A DNA stretch of 20,000 nucleotides from an uncultured virus (IMG/VR IMGVR_UViG_3300009164_003041) (Duplodnaviria > Heunggongvirae > Uroviricota > Caudoviricetes), in the IMG/VR virus record IMGVR_UViG_3300009164_003041, one strand, 5' to 3'. The translations under genes and the position numbers were made by a program. Shown here piece by piece: positions 1 to 7,850 of this stretch. Below the pieces are notes generated by a model. The model was not told where the DNA came from, did no database searches, and saw nothing but the letters and a program-made list of their open reading frames with translations. Positions within the stretch are counted from its first letter, which is position 1; each line of letters starts with the position of its first letter.

Positions 1-31
1 AGAAGACGGTAACTTTAAGGATTGGGGTTAA
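1..31 (+). CDS. 3' end of an upstream gene (…EDGNFKDWG*)
   Basis: Open frame from position 2 to TAA at 29-31, 4 nt before the next ATG. Only 9 codons are visible. Confidence 0.4.
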   Translation, partial: EDGNFKDWG

Positions 32-35
32 GATT

Positions 36-266
36 ATGGAAGTTCTTAAGAAGATTGCTGAAGGTGTTTTCAGCTTTGGAATGCTTGTGTTCTTGATATT
101 CGCAGGATTCGCATTTCTACTGTACGCTACGTTTACCGCAGAATATGAGCGCAGTGAGCAGACTCGCCGGAAGACCGAAGCCTGCTACGAGCGGGCTATG
201 GTCCTCGTCAACACTGACGCCGGTCAGCGGTGTGTGGATCCTCGCTCACTTGTGAAGGTGAAATAA
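36..266 (+). CDS. Small membrane protein (one TM segment, C-terminal Cys pair)
   Basis: Hydrophobic stretch FSFGMLVFLIFAGFAFLLYATF, then C…C. Packed 1 nt from the next ORF. Confidence 0.75.
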   Translation: MEVLKKIAEGVFSFGMLVFLIFAGFAFLLYATFTAEYERSEQTRRKTEACYERAMVLVNTDAGQRCVDPRSLVKVK

Positions 267-267
267 T

Positions 268-501
268 ATGTTTTATTTGATTGTTTCGTTTGCCATTTTG
301 GCATATCGAGTGTATAAGGCAGCTCAAACCGACTTCACATTCGGACCAGAACATAGATTTCGGAAAGAGAATGAGATCAATGCCGATAAAGTAGTCATGT
401 ATGCAGTCACTACGGTAATCATCTCTGTATTTTGGATTTTTGTATTGCCTTGCTATGGCTTCTGGCTGCTCGGTAAACGTTTTAAGAAAGAGGCGAAGTA
501 A
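268..501 (+). CDS. Small membrane protein (two hydrophobic segments)
   Basis: N-terminal and C-terminal hydrophobic helices and a basic tail. AAGGTG precedes the ATG. Abuts both neighbours. Confidence 0.75.
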   Translation: MFYLIVSFAILAYRVYKAAQTDFTFGPEHRFRKENEINADKVVMYAVTTVIISVFWIFVLPCYGFWLLGKRFKKEAK

Positions 502-714
502 ATGAGTTTTTGGTTGATTGTTTTCCTATTCACAAGTGACGGTGAGTTCCACGAAAAAAGTAGCTATGAGACTGCTTCCAAAGAACAATGTGTTTCTATG
601 GCAGGGGATGAAGCCCGCAAGTTGGTCAACTCCCAGATGCAGATGCAATTCTACTGTGTGAGCAACGATCATTATACGGGTAGGTCAATCGATGATGGTA
701 TTCCGCTTGACTAA
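502..714 (+). CDS. Small hypothetical protein, hydrophobic N-terminus with two Cys
   Basis: GAGG SD. MSFWLIVFLF…SKEQC…FYCV pattern, resembling ORF 2000-2200. Confidence 0.75.
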   Translation: MSFWLIVFLFTSDGEFHEKSSYETASKEQCVSMAGDEARKLVNSQMQMQFYCVSNDHYTGRSIDDGIPLD

Positions 715-766
715 ATTTAACCGTTCAAGCTGGTAAAAAAAAATCGTACCTTAGGTCATTTTTTGG

Positions 767-795
767 TTGACTTCGGATACCCTTTTTGCTATATT
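767..795 (+). promoter_or_regulatory. Sigma70-type early promoter
   Basis: TTGACT (767-772), 17 bp, TATATT (790-795) with a TGn extended -10. A- and T-tracts upstream (UP-like). Confidence 0.8.
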
Positions 796-832
796 GAATC
801 ATAGACAGAAACGAACGAACGGAGATACGAAC

Positions 833-1108
833 ATGATCTACACTCTCAAGATTTATCGTTATGATCGTCGCTGCAAGAGTGGTGAACGCTTCGTCAAGTC
901 CTACGAGTATGACCGTAAGGACGATGCTTCGATGGATCGTGAAGTCAATGCGCTTCGCGGCTGTGGCTACTTTGACGATATGTTCCGCATCGAATATGCT
1001 CCCAAGTTCATCACTGTCAAGAACATGATTAGCGGCAAGGATGTGCAGATTGCTGCTGACACGCCTTGGAACTGCCGCCCCGACTCTGAATCCTACTGGA
1101 GCGCATAA
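833..1108 (+). CDS. Hypothetical phage protein (MIYTLKIYRYDRRCK…PWNCRPDSESYWSA)
   Basis: Start moved to ATG 833 after the GGAGA SD at 821. The track's TTG 767 start coincides with the -35 box. Confidence 0.8.
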   Translation: MIYTLKIYRYDRRCKSGERFVKSYEYDRKDDASMDREVNALRGCGYFDDMFRIEYAPKFITVKNMISGKDVQIAADTPWNCRPDSESYWSA

Positions 1109-1109
1109 A

Positions 1110-1292
1110 ATGGTAACCGATATTGATCACGCCCTGCGTATCGTCCAGAAGATGGCGAAGGAACGCTGCAAGACTACCGGCGATGTCCTTAACGAATTTC
1201 TCAAGTATGTAGAGAATAACGAGGTCAATCATTTTTGGCCTGACGAAAACACAGCATGTCTGATGCTGCTTAAGCGGCGAGTTAATCAGTAA
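1110..1292 (+). CDS. Hypothetical protein (MVTDIDHALRIVQK…)
   Basis: ATG 1110 is 1 nt after the previous stop, with GGAG upstream. Fills the gap in the operon. Confidence 0.6.
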   Translation: MVTDIDHALRIVQKMAKERCKTTGDVLNEFLKYVENNEVNHFWPDENTACLMLLKRRVNQ

Positions 1293-1339
1293 TGCTGCAT
1301 TATATCCCTTCAAAAATTACTATCTATAAGGAAAATAAA

Positions 1340-1567
1340 ATGGAAACTGTTGCTAAGATTATCGGCCTCGCCATCGTAGGTATTGCCGCTATTATTGTTC
1401 TTGGGCTTATTCTTAGCCTGCCGGTCATGTGGCTTTGGAATGCCTGTCTCGTTGCTGCTGTTCCTGGCATCAAGGAAATTGGATGGCTCCAAGCTTGGGG
1501 CATTCTGATTCTGTGCGGATTGCTCTTTAAGAACTCGTCTAGTTCATCTAATTCATCTTCTAACTAA
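1340..1567 (+). CDS. Small membrane protein with Ser-rich tail
   Basis: AAGGA SD then ATG 1340. TM segments, 'MWLWN…EIGWLQAWGILIL' motif, SSSSSNSSSN tail. Confidence 0.8.
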   Translation: METVAKIIGLAIVGIAAIIVLGLILSLPVMWLWNACLVAAVPGIKEIGWLQAWGILILCGLLFKNSSSSSNSSSN

Positions 1568-1573
1568 AAGTAT

Positions 1574-1606
1574 TGCCCTGATAGTTCTCTGTCAGGGCAT
1601 TATTTT
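1574..1606 (+). terminator. Rho-independent terminator
   Basis: Stem TGCCCTGATAG / CTGTCAGGGCA (one G-U pair), 4-nt loop, followed by TTATTTT. Confidence 0.75.
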
Positions 1607-1630
1607 GGGTGGTTTGGTCATAGTTTTTTA

Positions 1631-1659
1631 TTGACATCAGTTCGTTCTTAGTGCATAAT
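1631..1659 (+). promoter_or_regulatory. Sigma70-type early promoter
   Basis: TTGACA (1631-1636), 17 bp, CATAAT (1654-1659), with a T-tract upstream. Confidence 0.8.
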
Positions 1660-1688
1660 ACATATATTGTGATAAGCAGGAGATTGAT

Positions 1689-2000
1689 ATGAACCGTGTT
1701 GTTGAGAATGGAAATGTAGCTGTGTTGTATTCTCCGGGATACGGCGCGGGTTGGTATTCGTGGAACGATTGTGAAGCTCTGTTATTTGATCCTGTCATTG
1801 TTGAAATGGTCCGTAACGACCGCAATGATGAGATTGAGTCGTATGTTGCCCGTGCATATCCTGAATTGAACGTCTACTGCGGCGGTGCCGAAACATTGAC
1901 TGTCGCATGGATTCCTATCGGTGAACGTTTTCAAATTGATGAATATGACGGTGCTGAATCTGTCATCCTCGAATCCGAAGAAGTCTGGATTACTGCATAA
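1689..2000 (+). CDS. Conserved-looking hypothetical phage protein
   Basis: AGGAG SD. Motifs VAVLYSPGYGAGW and IDEYDGAES, recalled from other phage hypotheticals. Confidence 0.85.
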   Translation: MNRVVENGNVAVLYSPGYGAGWYSWNDCEALLFDPVIVEMVRNDRNDEIESYVARAYPELNVYCGGAETLTVAWIPIGERFQIDEYDGAESVILESEEVWITA

Positions 2001-2200
2001 TGTATATTCTAATCGTTCTCGCTACTATGACTAATCTCGGTACTTATCCTACTCAGGCCCGCTGTGAGGCTGCTGTGCGTAGTGTCTATGAGCAACGTCT
2101 TGACCCGTATCGTTTGTTGTCTAAGGCTGCATTGAAGTCCCTGCTAGACAACCAAATGCGGTACGTTGCCCCAACCGAGTACCTCTGCCGAAAAATTTAG
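2000..2200 (+). CDS. Small hypothetical protein, hydrophobic N-terminus with two Cys
   Basis: TAATG coupling with the previous stop. MYILIVL…YPTQARC…YLC. Confidence 0.7.
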   Translation: MYILIVLATMTNLGTYPTQARCEAAVRSVYEQRLDPYRLLSKAALKSLLDNQMRYVAPTEYLCRKI

Positions 2201-2207
2201 ATTTTCG

Positions 2208-2215
2208 GATAAATA
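2208..2215 (+). promoter_or_regulatory. Putative late promoter GATAAATA
   Basis: Intergenic copy of the recurring motif, resembling the T4 late promoter TATAAATA. Confidence 0.55.
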
Positions 2216-2248
2216 TGTTCGTACTAGACTACAAAAAGGATAAACGGT

Positions 2249-2491
2249 ATGGACATATTAGGACAACTCAAGGGTATGCTTGCTGAGGCTGACGGTAAAC
2301 TTAGCAACAAGCGTGTTATCACCTTATCAAGCACGGTAATGCTCATAGTAGCGTTTGTAGCCAATGTGTTTATGAATAAGCATATTGACGATAACATCTT
2401 AAACGCTATCATGTTCGTTATCATTGGTGGTATGGGTATCACAGGTATGGAAAAGTTTGCCCCTAAAATAACTGATCAACTTAAAAAATAA
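2249..2491 (+). CDS. Two-TM membrane protein, holin-like candidate
   Basis: AAGGA SD. 80 aa, GKLSNKR followed by two TM helices and a charged C-terminus. Preceded by the late motif. Confidence 0.7.
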   Translation: MDILGQLKGMLAEADGKLSNKRVITLSSTVMLIVAFVANVFMNKHIDDNILNAIMFVIIGGMGITGMEKFAPKITDQLKK

Positions 2492-2494
2492 CGC

Positions 2495-2523
2495 TTGACA
2501 TTCCCTCGTTTTGGACGTATACT
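2495..2523 (+). promoter_or_regulatory. Sigma70-type early promoter
   Basis: TTGACA (2495-2500), 17 bp, TATACT (2518-2523). Confidence 0.85.
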
Positions 2524-2553
2524 GAATCTATAAGTTCAAGACGAGGTTTGTTT

Positions 2554-2949
2554 ATGGATATGCTCATAGTCGGCAACGAAGTCACTATCAAAGTTGAAAA
2601 TGTATTGTGGCCCGTGCGGGACCGATACGCTGGTGGCGTTGCCGGTCCTGAGTTCAATGTCTATACCGGAACTATCATGCGTGAGAAGTGGTTTGGTGCT
2701 GATGAGATTGGCATTACTACCGGCGATCCTCGCTTCCCGTTTCGTCGCATTCAGCGCCAGCGTATTGTAGCAGTCAACGAGAAGACTGTAGACTATACTC
2801 CTGTCAAGTCTGATCGTATTGAAATCACTGTGCAGGGTTCTAAGGGCAACACGTATGTTGTCACTAAAGAAAACGGCAAGGCTTCTTGCACTTGTGCTGG
2901 TTTTCAGTTCCGTAAGACTTGCAAGCACTCTCAAGAAGTACTAGTATGA
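2554..2949 (+). CDS. SWIM zinc-finger protein
   Basis: C-terminal GSKGNTYVV…CTC-x7-CKH fits the SWIM CxC…CxH signature. GAGG SD 7 nt before ATG 2554. Confidence 0.8.
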   Translation: MDMLIVGNEVTIKVENVLWPVRDRYAGGVAGPEFNVYTGTIMREKWFGADEIGITTGDPRFPFRRIQRQRIVAVNEKTVDYTPVKSDRIEITVQGSKGNTYVVTKENGKASCTCAGFQFRKTCKHSQEVLV

Positions 2950-3155
2950 ACGCTGCAAAAGAAAACACATTCAGAGCATTGAGGGAAGAAGAATTACTTG
3001 TGACTAATTTTTGGTGTAGGTTTGGTTGGCATACGTGGACCAAATATCGTGAACCCGAAATCGTGCGTGAGGGTATCTACAAATTGAAAATTCAAGAACG
3101 TAGATGCGGGTATTGTAATGTCACCAATCGTAAAGTCTTGAATAAGGATTATTAA
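2946..3155 (+). CDS. Small Cys/His (probable Zn-binding) protein, DUF1660-like
   Basis: ATGA overlap with the previous gene. WCRFGWHTW…RRCGYCN. Confidence 0.7.
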   Translation: MNAAKENTFRALREEELLVTNFWCRFGWHTWTKYREPEIVREGIYKLKIQERRCGYCNVTNRKVLNKDY

Positions 3156-3158
3156 TCA

Positions 3159-3587
3159 ATGTCAATGCATCTTGTAGGTCCTTATCTGACCACTACCAAT
3201 TACAGCAAGCGCAAGACTAAGATGACTGCTGCCAAACAAGCTAAGTTACAAGAGCAGTGGCATAAGCATAACAAGTGGCTAAAGAGCATTCGCTTGCCCA
3301 AAATTACCTTTGAGGAATATGAAGACTATATCACTGGTAAAAAGAGGGCTCCTATCAAGGCTGCTATTAAAAGTCCCTTTGACACAAAGGCTTACGTGAG
3401 AGAGACTCCAAATTATCCTAGCCTTAACACTGATCTTAAAGACCTTAAGGAATCATGTGCTAAGAGAGAAGAAATGAAGTATACTGGTACTTTGGTCAAG
3501 GGCATCGCAACTATGCACAAGAGCAATGCTGTTCCTGTCATCGATCAGAAGCAGATGGAAGAAATCTCTAGGATGCGTCGAGGTTAA
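3159..3587 (+). CDS. Basic conserved hypothetical protein of T4-like phages
   Basis: C-terminal YTGTLVKGIATMHKSNAVPV…ISRMRR motif, recalled from T4-like phage hypotheticals. Confidence 0.8.
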   Translation: MSMHLVGPYLTTTNYSKRKTKMTAAKQAKLQEQWHKHNKWLKSIRLPKITFEEYEDYITGKKRAPIKAAIKSPFDTKAYVRETPNYPSLNTDLKDLKESCAKREEMKYTGTLVKGIATMHKSNAVPVIDQKQMEEISRMRRG

Positions 3588-3601
3588 ACTAAGAGGTAAT
3601 T

Positions 3602-4084
3602 ATGCGTAAAGAACTTGATGAATTGCTGTGTGTGAAGTACCCTAAGATTTTCAGGGACCGAAACGCACCCATGAATCAAACCTGCATGTGTTGGGGATTC
3701 GATTGTGGTGATGGATGGTTCAACATCATTGACATGCTTTGTGCTAACATTCAAGGTCACATTGACCGTGTTGAACGGCAGCGAGATTCCACTATCAAAT
3801 GGAATGAAAATGTGAATGATCCTAACTTTGAATGGATGTCATTTGTTAAACGAGAAGAACGACCTGTTCCGGAACTCGTTGATCAAGTTGTTGCTGTACA
3901 GGTAAAAGAAAAGTTTGGTACGTTGCGTTTCTACTATAACGGCGGCGACGATTTCATTAATGGGTTAGAGCGTATGGCAGAGTCGATGTCGGCTGTTACT
4001 TGTGAGGAATGCGGCAACCCGGGAACTATCACCAAAGGCGGCTGGATTCGTACTCTATGTGAAACTCATAAAAAGGAAAAATGA
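3602..4084 (+). CDS. Conserved hypothetical phage protein with C-terminal Zn-ribbon
   Basis: GAGG SD. GDGW…QVKEKFGTLRFY…CEECG…WIRTLCETH. Confidence 0.85.
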   Translation: MRKELDELLCVKYPKIFRDRNAPMNQTCMCWGFDCGDGWFNIIDMLCANIQGHIDRVERQRDSTIKWNENVNDPNFEWMSFVKREERPVPELVDQVVAVQVKEKFGTLRFYYNGGDDFINGLERMAESMSAVTCEECGNPGTITKGGWIRTLCETHKKEK

Positions 4085-4923
4085 TGAAAATTGCATTAGC
4101 AAGTGATCTACATTTGGAATTTCAGACTATCACGCTTCCCAACACTGAGGGAGCGAAGGTCCTGATTCTATCCGGTGACATCTGTGTAGCACACTCGCTA
4201 CATGATCATCCGATTGACAAGACTATTCCTGTCGATGCAATGAAGCCCGGTAGGAATGAGGGTGCTGCTATTCGGTTTCGTGAGTTCTTTCGTCATGTAA
4301 GTATGGAGTACGATCACGTAGTTTATGTGGCGGGTAACCATGAGTTCTATCATGGTCTCTTCCCTGATGTATATGACTGGTTGCGTACTGAAATGGTAAA
4401 CTACCCTAATATTCACTTTCTGAATCGTGAGAGTGTAGAGATTGAGGGCGTGACCTTTCTTGGTGGTACGCTTTGGACAGACATGCATCGTGCTGACCCA
4501 CTTACACTGCGAGTTATTGAGTCTGCGTTGAATGATTTTAGGATCATCCGAAACAGTCAGCATAACTATCGTCGTTTCCTTCCTATGGACACGGTCCTTG
4601 ATCACCGAGCAACCCTTGAGTATATCAAGCAAGTCGTTGATGCTGATCCTGCTAAGAAGTACGTTGTAGTTGGGCATCATGCCCCTACTGCACTGAGTGT
4701 TCACGAGAAGTATAAGGATGATCACTATGTGAACGGAGGCTACTACAGTGACTTGTCAGAATTCATTCTAGATCGTCCTCAGATCGCCCTCTGGACACAT
4801 GGACACATGCATGATCCTTCTGACTACATGATGGGAGAGACACGCATCGTGTGCAATCCTAGGGGCTATAAGGGGCATGACCCTCAGGCTGACCTCTTTC
4901 AATTAAAGTTTTTGGAGATTTGA
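4081..4923 (+). CDS. Calcineurin-like metallophosphoesterase
   Basis: Complete motif set: SDLH, GDI, GNHE, HH, HGHMH, NPRGY. Confidence 0.92.
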   Translation: MMKIALASDLHLEFQTITLPNTEGAKVLILSGDICVAHSLHDHPIDKTIPVDAMKPGRNEGAAIRFREFFRHVSMEYDHVVYVAGNHEFYHGLFPDVYDWLRTEMVNYPNIHFLNRESVEIEGVTFLGGTLWTDMHRADPLTLRVIESALNDFRIIRNSQHNYRRFLPMDTVLDHRATLEYIKQVVDADPAKKYVVVGHHAPTALSVHEKYKDDHYVNGGYYSDLSEFILDRPQIALWTHGHMHDPSDYMMGETRIVCNPRGYKGHDPQADLFQLKFLEI

Positions 4924-4925
4924 CT

Positions 4926-5141
4926 ATGGTTGATATTATTTGGGAATCGAAGTTGGATGAAGTGTTCGATTGTAAGGTCGAACGCATTGACGAGAGCCGC
5001 GGTAAGCTGACTGTCGTTGATCAATTTGATCGTATCCTTCTTGACACGGAAGTTGGACTGTCATATGGTGCAATGTTTGGACCTGACGTAGCAGACGTTG
5101 CCCTTTGGGAAGACATGGTAATTAAGGTTATCGACGGATAA
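4926..5141 (+). CDS. Acidic hypothetical protein
   Basis: GGAG SD, ATG 4926 just after the previous stop. LSYGAMFGPDVADV motif. Confidence 0.75.
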   Translation: MVDIIWESKLDEVFDCKVERIDESRGKLTVVDQFDRILLDTEVGLSYGAMFGPDVADVALWEDMVIKVIDG

Positions 5142-5143
5142 TT

Positions 5144-5183
5144 ACCCGTTTCACTTGTGTTAACGGGTGTACTGTTGTATTAT
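5144..5183 (+). promoter_or_regulatory. Promoter with overlapping inverted repeat (possible operator)
   Basis: TTGTGT (5155-5160), 17 bp, TATTAT (5178-5183). ACCCGTT (5144-5150) and AACGGGT (5162-5168) flank the -35. Confidence 0.5.
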
Positions 5184-5231
5184 TATAACATGCTATGAGA
5201 AATTGTAGCTACTAAACTAAGAGGAAAAACT

Positions 5232-5501
5232 ATGACTACTGTAACTATGACTAAGGCCGAGCGCCTCATTGAAGCGTTCAAGCGCGGTGACGAACTCACT
5301 GCAAAGCAGATTGCTGCTCGTTTTGGCATTGCCAACCCGACTGCGACTGTAAGTGATCTTCGCTTGCGTTATGGTCACGCTGTTTATGCTAATCAGCGTA
5401 CCGATACCAAGGGCCGTGTCACTACGAAGTATAGCTTGGGTCGTCCTAGCCGCAAGGTTGTTGCTGCTGGATACCGCGCTCTCGCTAACGGCACCGTCTA
5501 A
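5232..5501 (+). CDS. Small basic winged-HTH DNA-binding protein
   Basis: GAGGA SD. LTAKQIAARFGIANPTATVSDLR HTH-like segment followed by a beta-wing. Flanked by its own promoter and terminator. Confidence 0.8.
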   Translation: MTTVTMTKAERLIEAFKRGDELTAKQIAARFGIANPTATVSDLRLRYGHAVYANQRTDTKGRVTTKYSLGRPSRKVVAAGYRALANGTV

Positions 5502-5516
5502 TCTAGACACAAGGTT

Positions 5517-5548
5517 TGAGGGGTCCTTTCAAAATCCCTCATTTTTTT
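5517..5548 (+). terminator. Rho-independent terminator
   Basis: Stem TGAGGGGT / ATCCCTCA followed by T7. Confidence 0.7.
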
Positions 5549-5565
5549 GGTAAGAAAGTATCATA

Positions 5566-5907
5566 ATGACGTTGACTCTTGTTCTAGTTTCTGCACTGGC
5601 TTTCTTTTTCGGTTACCAATTAGGTGTCGCTAAAATTAAAACAATTATTGCTAGTCGAGCCTTTGAAGAAATTCGAGCCAAAGCTATGATTCCCGTTTGC
5701 GTAGCAGAATGTGTTGAGCAGACTTATTATCTATACGAGAAAGATACTGACAAGTTTATGTGTCAGGCTTCTTCACTTGAAGCACTTCCACAAAGTCTCT
5801 TTGATACTAGAAAGATCAACCTAGCACTAGTGTTGTTCCCGACAGCATCCAACAGTGACAATTATTGGATCATCAACGGAAAGATCAAGAAGCTAGAATC
5901 AAAATGA
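5566..5907 (+). CDS. Hypothetical protein with N-terminal membrane anchor
   Basis: N-terminal hydrophobic helix. ATGA overlap with the next gene. Confidence 0.75.
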   Translation: MTLTLVLVSALAFFFGYQLGVAKIKTIIASRAFEEIRAKAMIPVCVAECVEQTYYLYEKDTDKFMCQASSLEALPQSLFDTRKINLALVLFPTASNSDNYWIINGKIKKLESK

Positions 5908-6437
5908 GAGTAAAACTCGGGCGCTATCTTAGTTCGAAAGAACGAAAGATAGACATTCAAATTGATAACTTTGATACGTGGTCACTAGACCACACCTTGT
6001 CTTTGATTATCTTGCCTGCACTCATTCAACTAAAGCACACAAAGCACGGCATCCCGTCAGAATTTGTAAATGACAGTGCAGAAGATTATCATGATCAACT
6101 TACGTTTGACTTCATGAAGGAAGACAAAGATGAGGTCTTCCAAAAAGGATGCGATTCATGGGACGAAACTCTTGACAAGATGATTTGGTCTTTTCAACAG
6201 ATTGCGTTAGATAACTATGAAAATCAGTATCATCACGGGGATATAAAGATTGGTTGGAAAGAATCCAAAATACAAATTCCTAATCCTGTAACCGGGAAGA
6301 CAGAACCCACATACGAAATGGTCGATGAGAATCCTGATGAACACTGGTATGATCAGGTAGGACATGCGTTGCATGAAGAACGAATCCAAGAAGGTGTGGA
6401 TTTGTTTGCAAAATATTTTAGGAACCTTTGGGACTAA
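5904..6437 (+). CDS. Conserved-looking hypothetical phage protein
   Basis: Start moved to ATG 5904 (ATGA overlap). DTWSLDHTL…[12 protein letters not shown]…[17 protein letters not shown]. Confidence 0.85.
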   Translation: MRVKLGRYLSSKERKIDIQIDNFDTWSLDHTLSLIILPALIQLKHTKHGIPSEFVNDSAEDYHDQLTFDFMKEDKDEVFQKGCDSWDETLDKMIWSFQQIALDNYENQYHHGDIKIGWKESKIQIPNPVTGKTEPTYEMVDENPDEHWYDQVGHALHEERIQEGVDLFAKYFRNLWD

Positions 6438-6438
6438 T

Positions 6439-6765
6439 ATGACTCACGTAGTAACTGATAGCTGCATCAAATGTAAGTACACGGACTGCGTAACAGTATG
6501 TCCGGTTGACTGTTTTTACGAAGGACCAAACTTCCTAGTCATTAACCCTGACGAATGCATAGACTGCGGAGTCTGTATTCCCGAATGTCCGGTTAATGCA
6601 ATTGTGACGCATGATGATAAGAGCGTCGATAATATACAAGAGTGGATAGACATCAATCAACGATTGTCTAGACAATGGCCAAACATCACGCAATCAAAGA
6701 GTCCGTTGCCCGATGCTGAAAAATGGAAGAACGTTCCTAACAAGATTGACCTATTAGAGGATTGA
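6439..6765 (+). CDS. fdxA: 7Fe ([3Fe-4S]+[4Fe-4S]) ferredoxin, FdxA / Azotobacter FdI type
   Basis: [29 protein letters not shown]…[15 protein letters not shown] plus the WPNIT…PLPDAEKW C-terminal extension. Start moved to ATG 6439. Confidence 0.93.
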   Translation: MTHVVTDSCIKCKYTDCVTVCPVDCFYEGPNFLVINPDECIDCGVCIPECPVNAIVTHDDKSVDNIQEWIDINQRLSRQWPNITQSKSPLPDAEKWKNVPNKIDLLED

Positions 6766-6768
6766 GAT

Positions 6769-6999
6769 ATGAAGATTTTTGATACATTTGAAGAAGTAGA
6801 GGGCATGGATCCTTGCATGAAGCGTCCTATGATCGTTCATGCTAAGAAGATGGATGAAGAGTTCCAGGTTAACACCCTTGAGGGGAACTATAAGCAGGGT
6901 AAGCCAGGTGATTATCTGATGCGAGGCATCGATGGAGAGCTATATATCTGTGACGGATCCATCTTTGAACGATCTTATGATATGGTTGTAGAATTATAA
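6769..6999 (+). CDS. PGDYG-like small phage protein
   Basis: TLEG…GKPGDYLMRGIDGELY…IFERSY. Confidence 0.75.
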   Translation: MKIFDTFEEVEGMDPCMKRPMIVHAKKMDEEFQVNTLEGNYKQGKPGDYLMRGIDGELYICDGSIFERSYDMVVEL

Positions 7000-7430
7000 T
7001 GAAGCCAAAGTTTATTGATTACTTCATGAAGTTTGCAGAGTTGACTAGCGCACTCAGCTATGCCAAACGTTTAAAGGTAGGTGCTGTTATTGTGAGAGGT
7101 GACAGTCAGATCATAGCAACCGGTTACAACGGCATGCCTAGTAGCTGGGACAACAATTGCGAACTTACTCTAGAAGACGGTTCGTTAAAGACTCGTCCAG
7201 AGGTACTCCACGCAGAATCGAATGCCCTAATGAAGGTGGCAAGATCAACTGAGTCAAGTGAGGGTGCAACTCTGTTTTGTACTCACGCACCTTGCATTGA
7301 TTGCGCCAAACTAATATATCAAGCCGGTGTTACTACTGTATACTACAAAGAGACTTACAGAGATGACAGTGGCTTGCGCTTTCTAAGTCAAGGAGGCATC
7401 AATGTCATTCAACACAGCGACCGCACATAA
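6999..7430 (+). CDS. dCMP deaminase (ComEB-like)
   Basis: VGAVIV, GYNG, HAE and PCxxC Zn-deaminase motifs. Confidence 0.93.
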   Translation: MKPKFIDYFMKFAELTSALSYAKRLKVGAVIVRGDSQIIATGYNGMPSSWDNNCELTLEDGSLKTRPEVLHAESNALMKVARSTESSEGATLFCTHAPCIDCAKLIYQAGVTTVYYKETYRDDSGLRFLSQGGINVIQHSDRT

Positions 7431-7590
7431 AACAGAAGTAAAATTTCCGTTTGGGGAACTTGATTCCATGATTGAGTGGTGTGAAAAGAACTGCCGCTCT
7501 GAATGGAAGTTTGGTGATAGCGACAACGGTTACACATTTTATTTTGATTCCGAAAAAGACTATTTTGCATTTATGATTTGGAAAGCATAA
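7402..7590 (+). CDS. Hypothetical protein
   Basis: GGAGG upstream. WCEKNC…W…YTFYFDSEKD pattern. TAATG coupling with the next gene. Confidence 0.7.
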   Translation: MSFNTATAHKTEVKFPFGELDSMIEWCEKNCRSEWKFGDSDNGYTFYFDSEKDYFAFMIWKA

Positions 7591-7850
7591 TGAAGTACTA
7601 CATATTTGCTAGGGAATCTGACAAGTTTGATGACATTCTTAAAGATATAGCGGTAAAGCCGGTTATCAGACATAAGATTAGATTCAAGAACCATTTGATC
7701 CTTGGCTTCTCTGACGATGATGAAAAGATCATATCATACATGACTATTAAGTATGGTGATGACCTGACCTCATTCAACCACATTGCGGCTGATCGAACTC
7801 CTATCATGAACAAAGATTATATTCCTAAAAAGAAATCGGTATCAGGTTAG
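7590..7850 (+). CDS. Hypothetical protein (MKYYIFARE…)
   Basis: ATG 7590 overlaps the previous TAA. The 3' end overlaps the convergent GT4 gene by 26 nt. Confidence 0.7.
   Translation: MKYYIFARESDKFDDILKDIAVKPVIRHKIRFKNHLILGFSDDDEKIISYMTIKYGDDLTSFNHIAADRTPIMNKDYIPKKKSVSG

Noticed and set aside
1029..7813. Minus-strand and alternative-frame ORFs in the early region (e.g. 1029-1313, 2536-2934, 4198-4725, 5217-5510, 5353-5553, 7598-7813)
   Set aside because: They overlap better-supported genes that have SDs, motifs and translational coupling, and they show no recognisable motifs.
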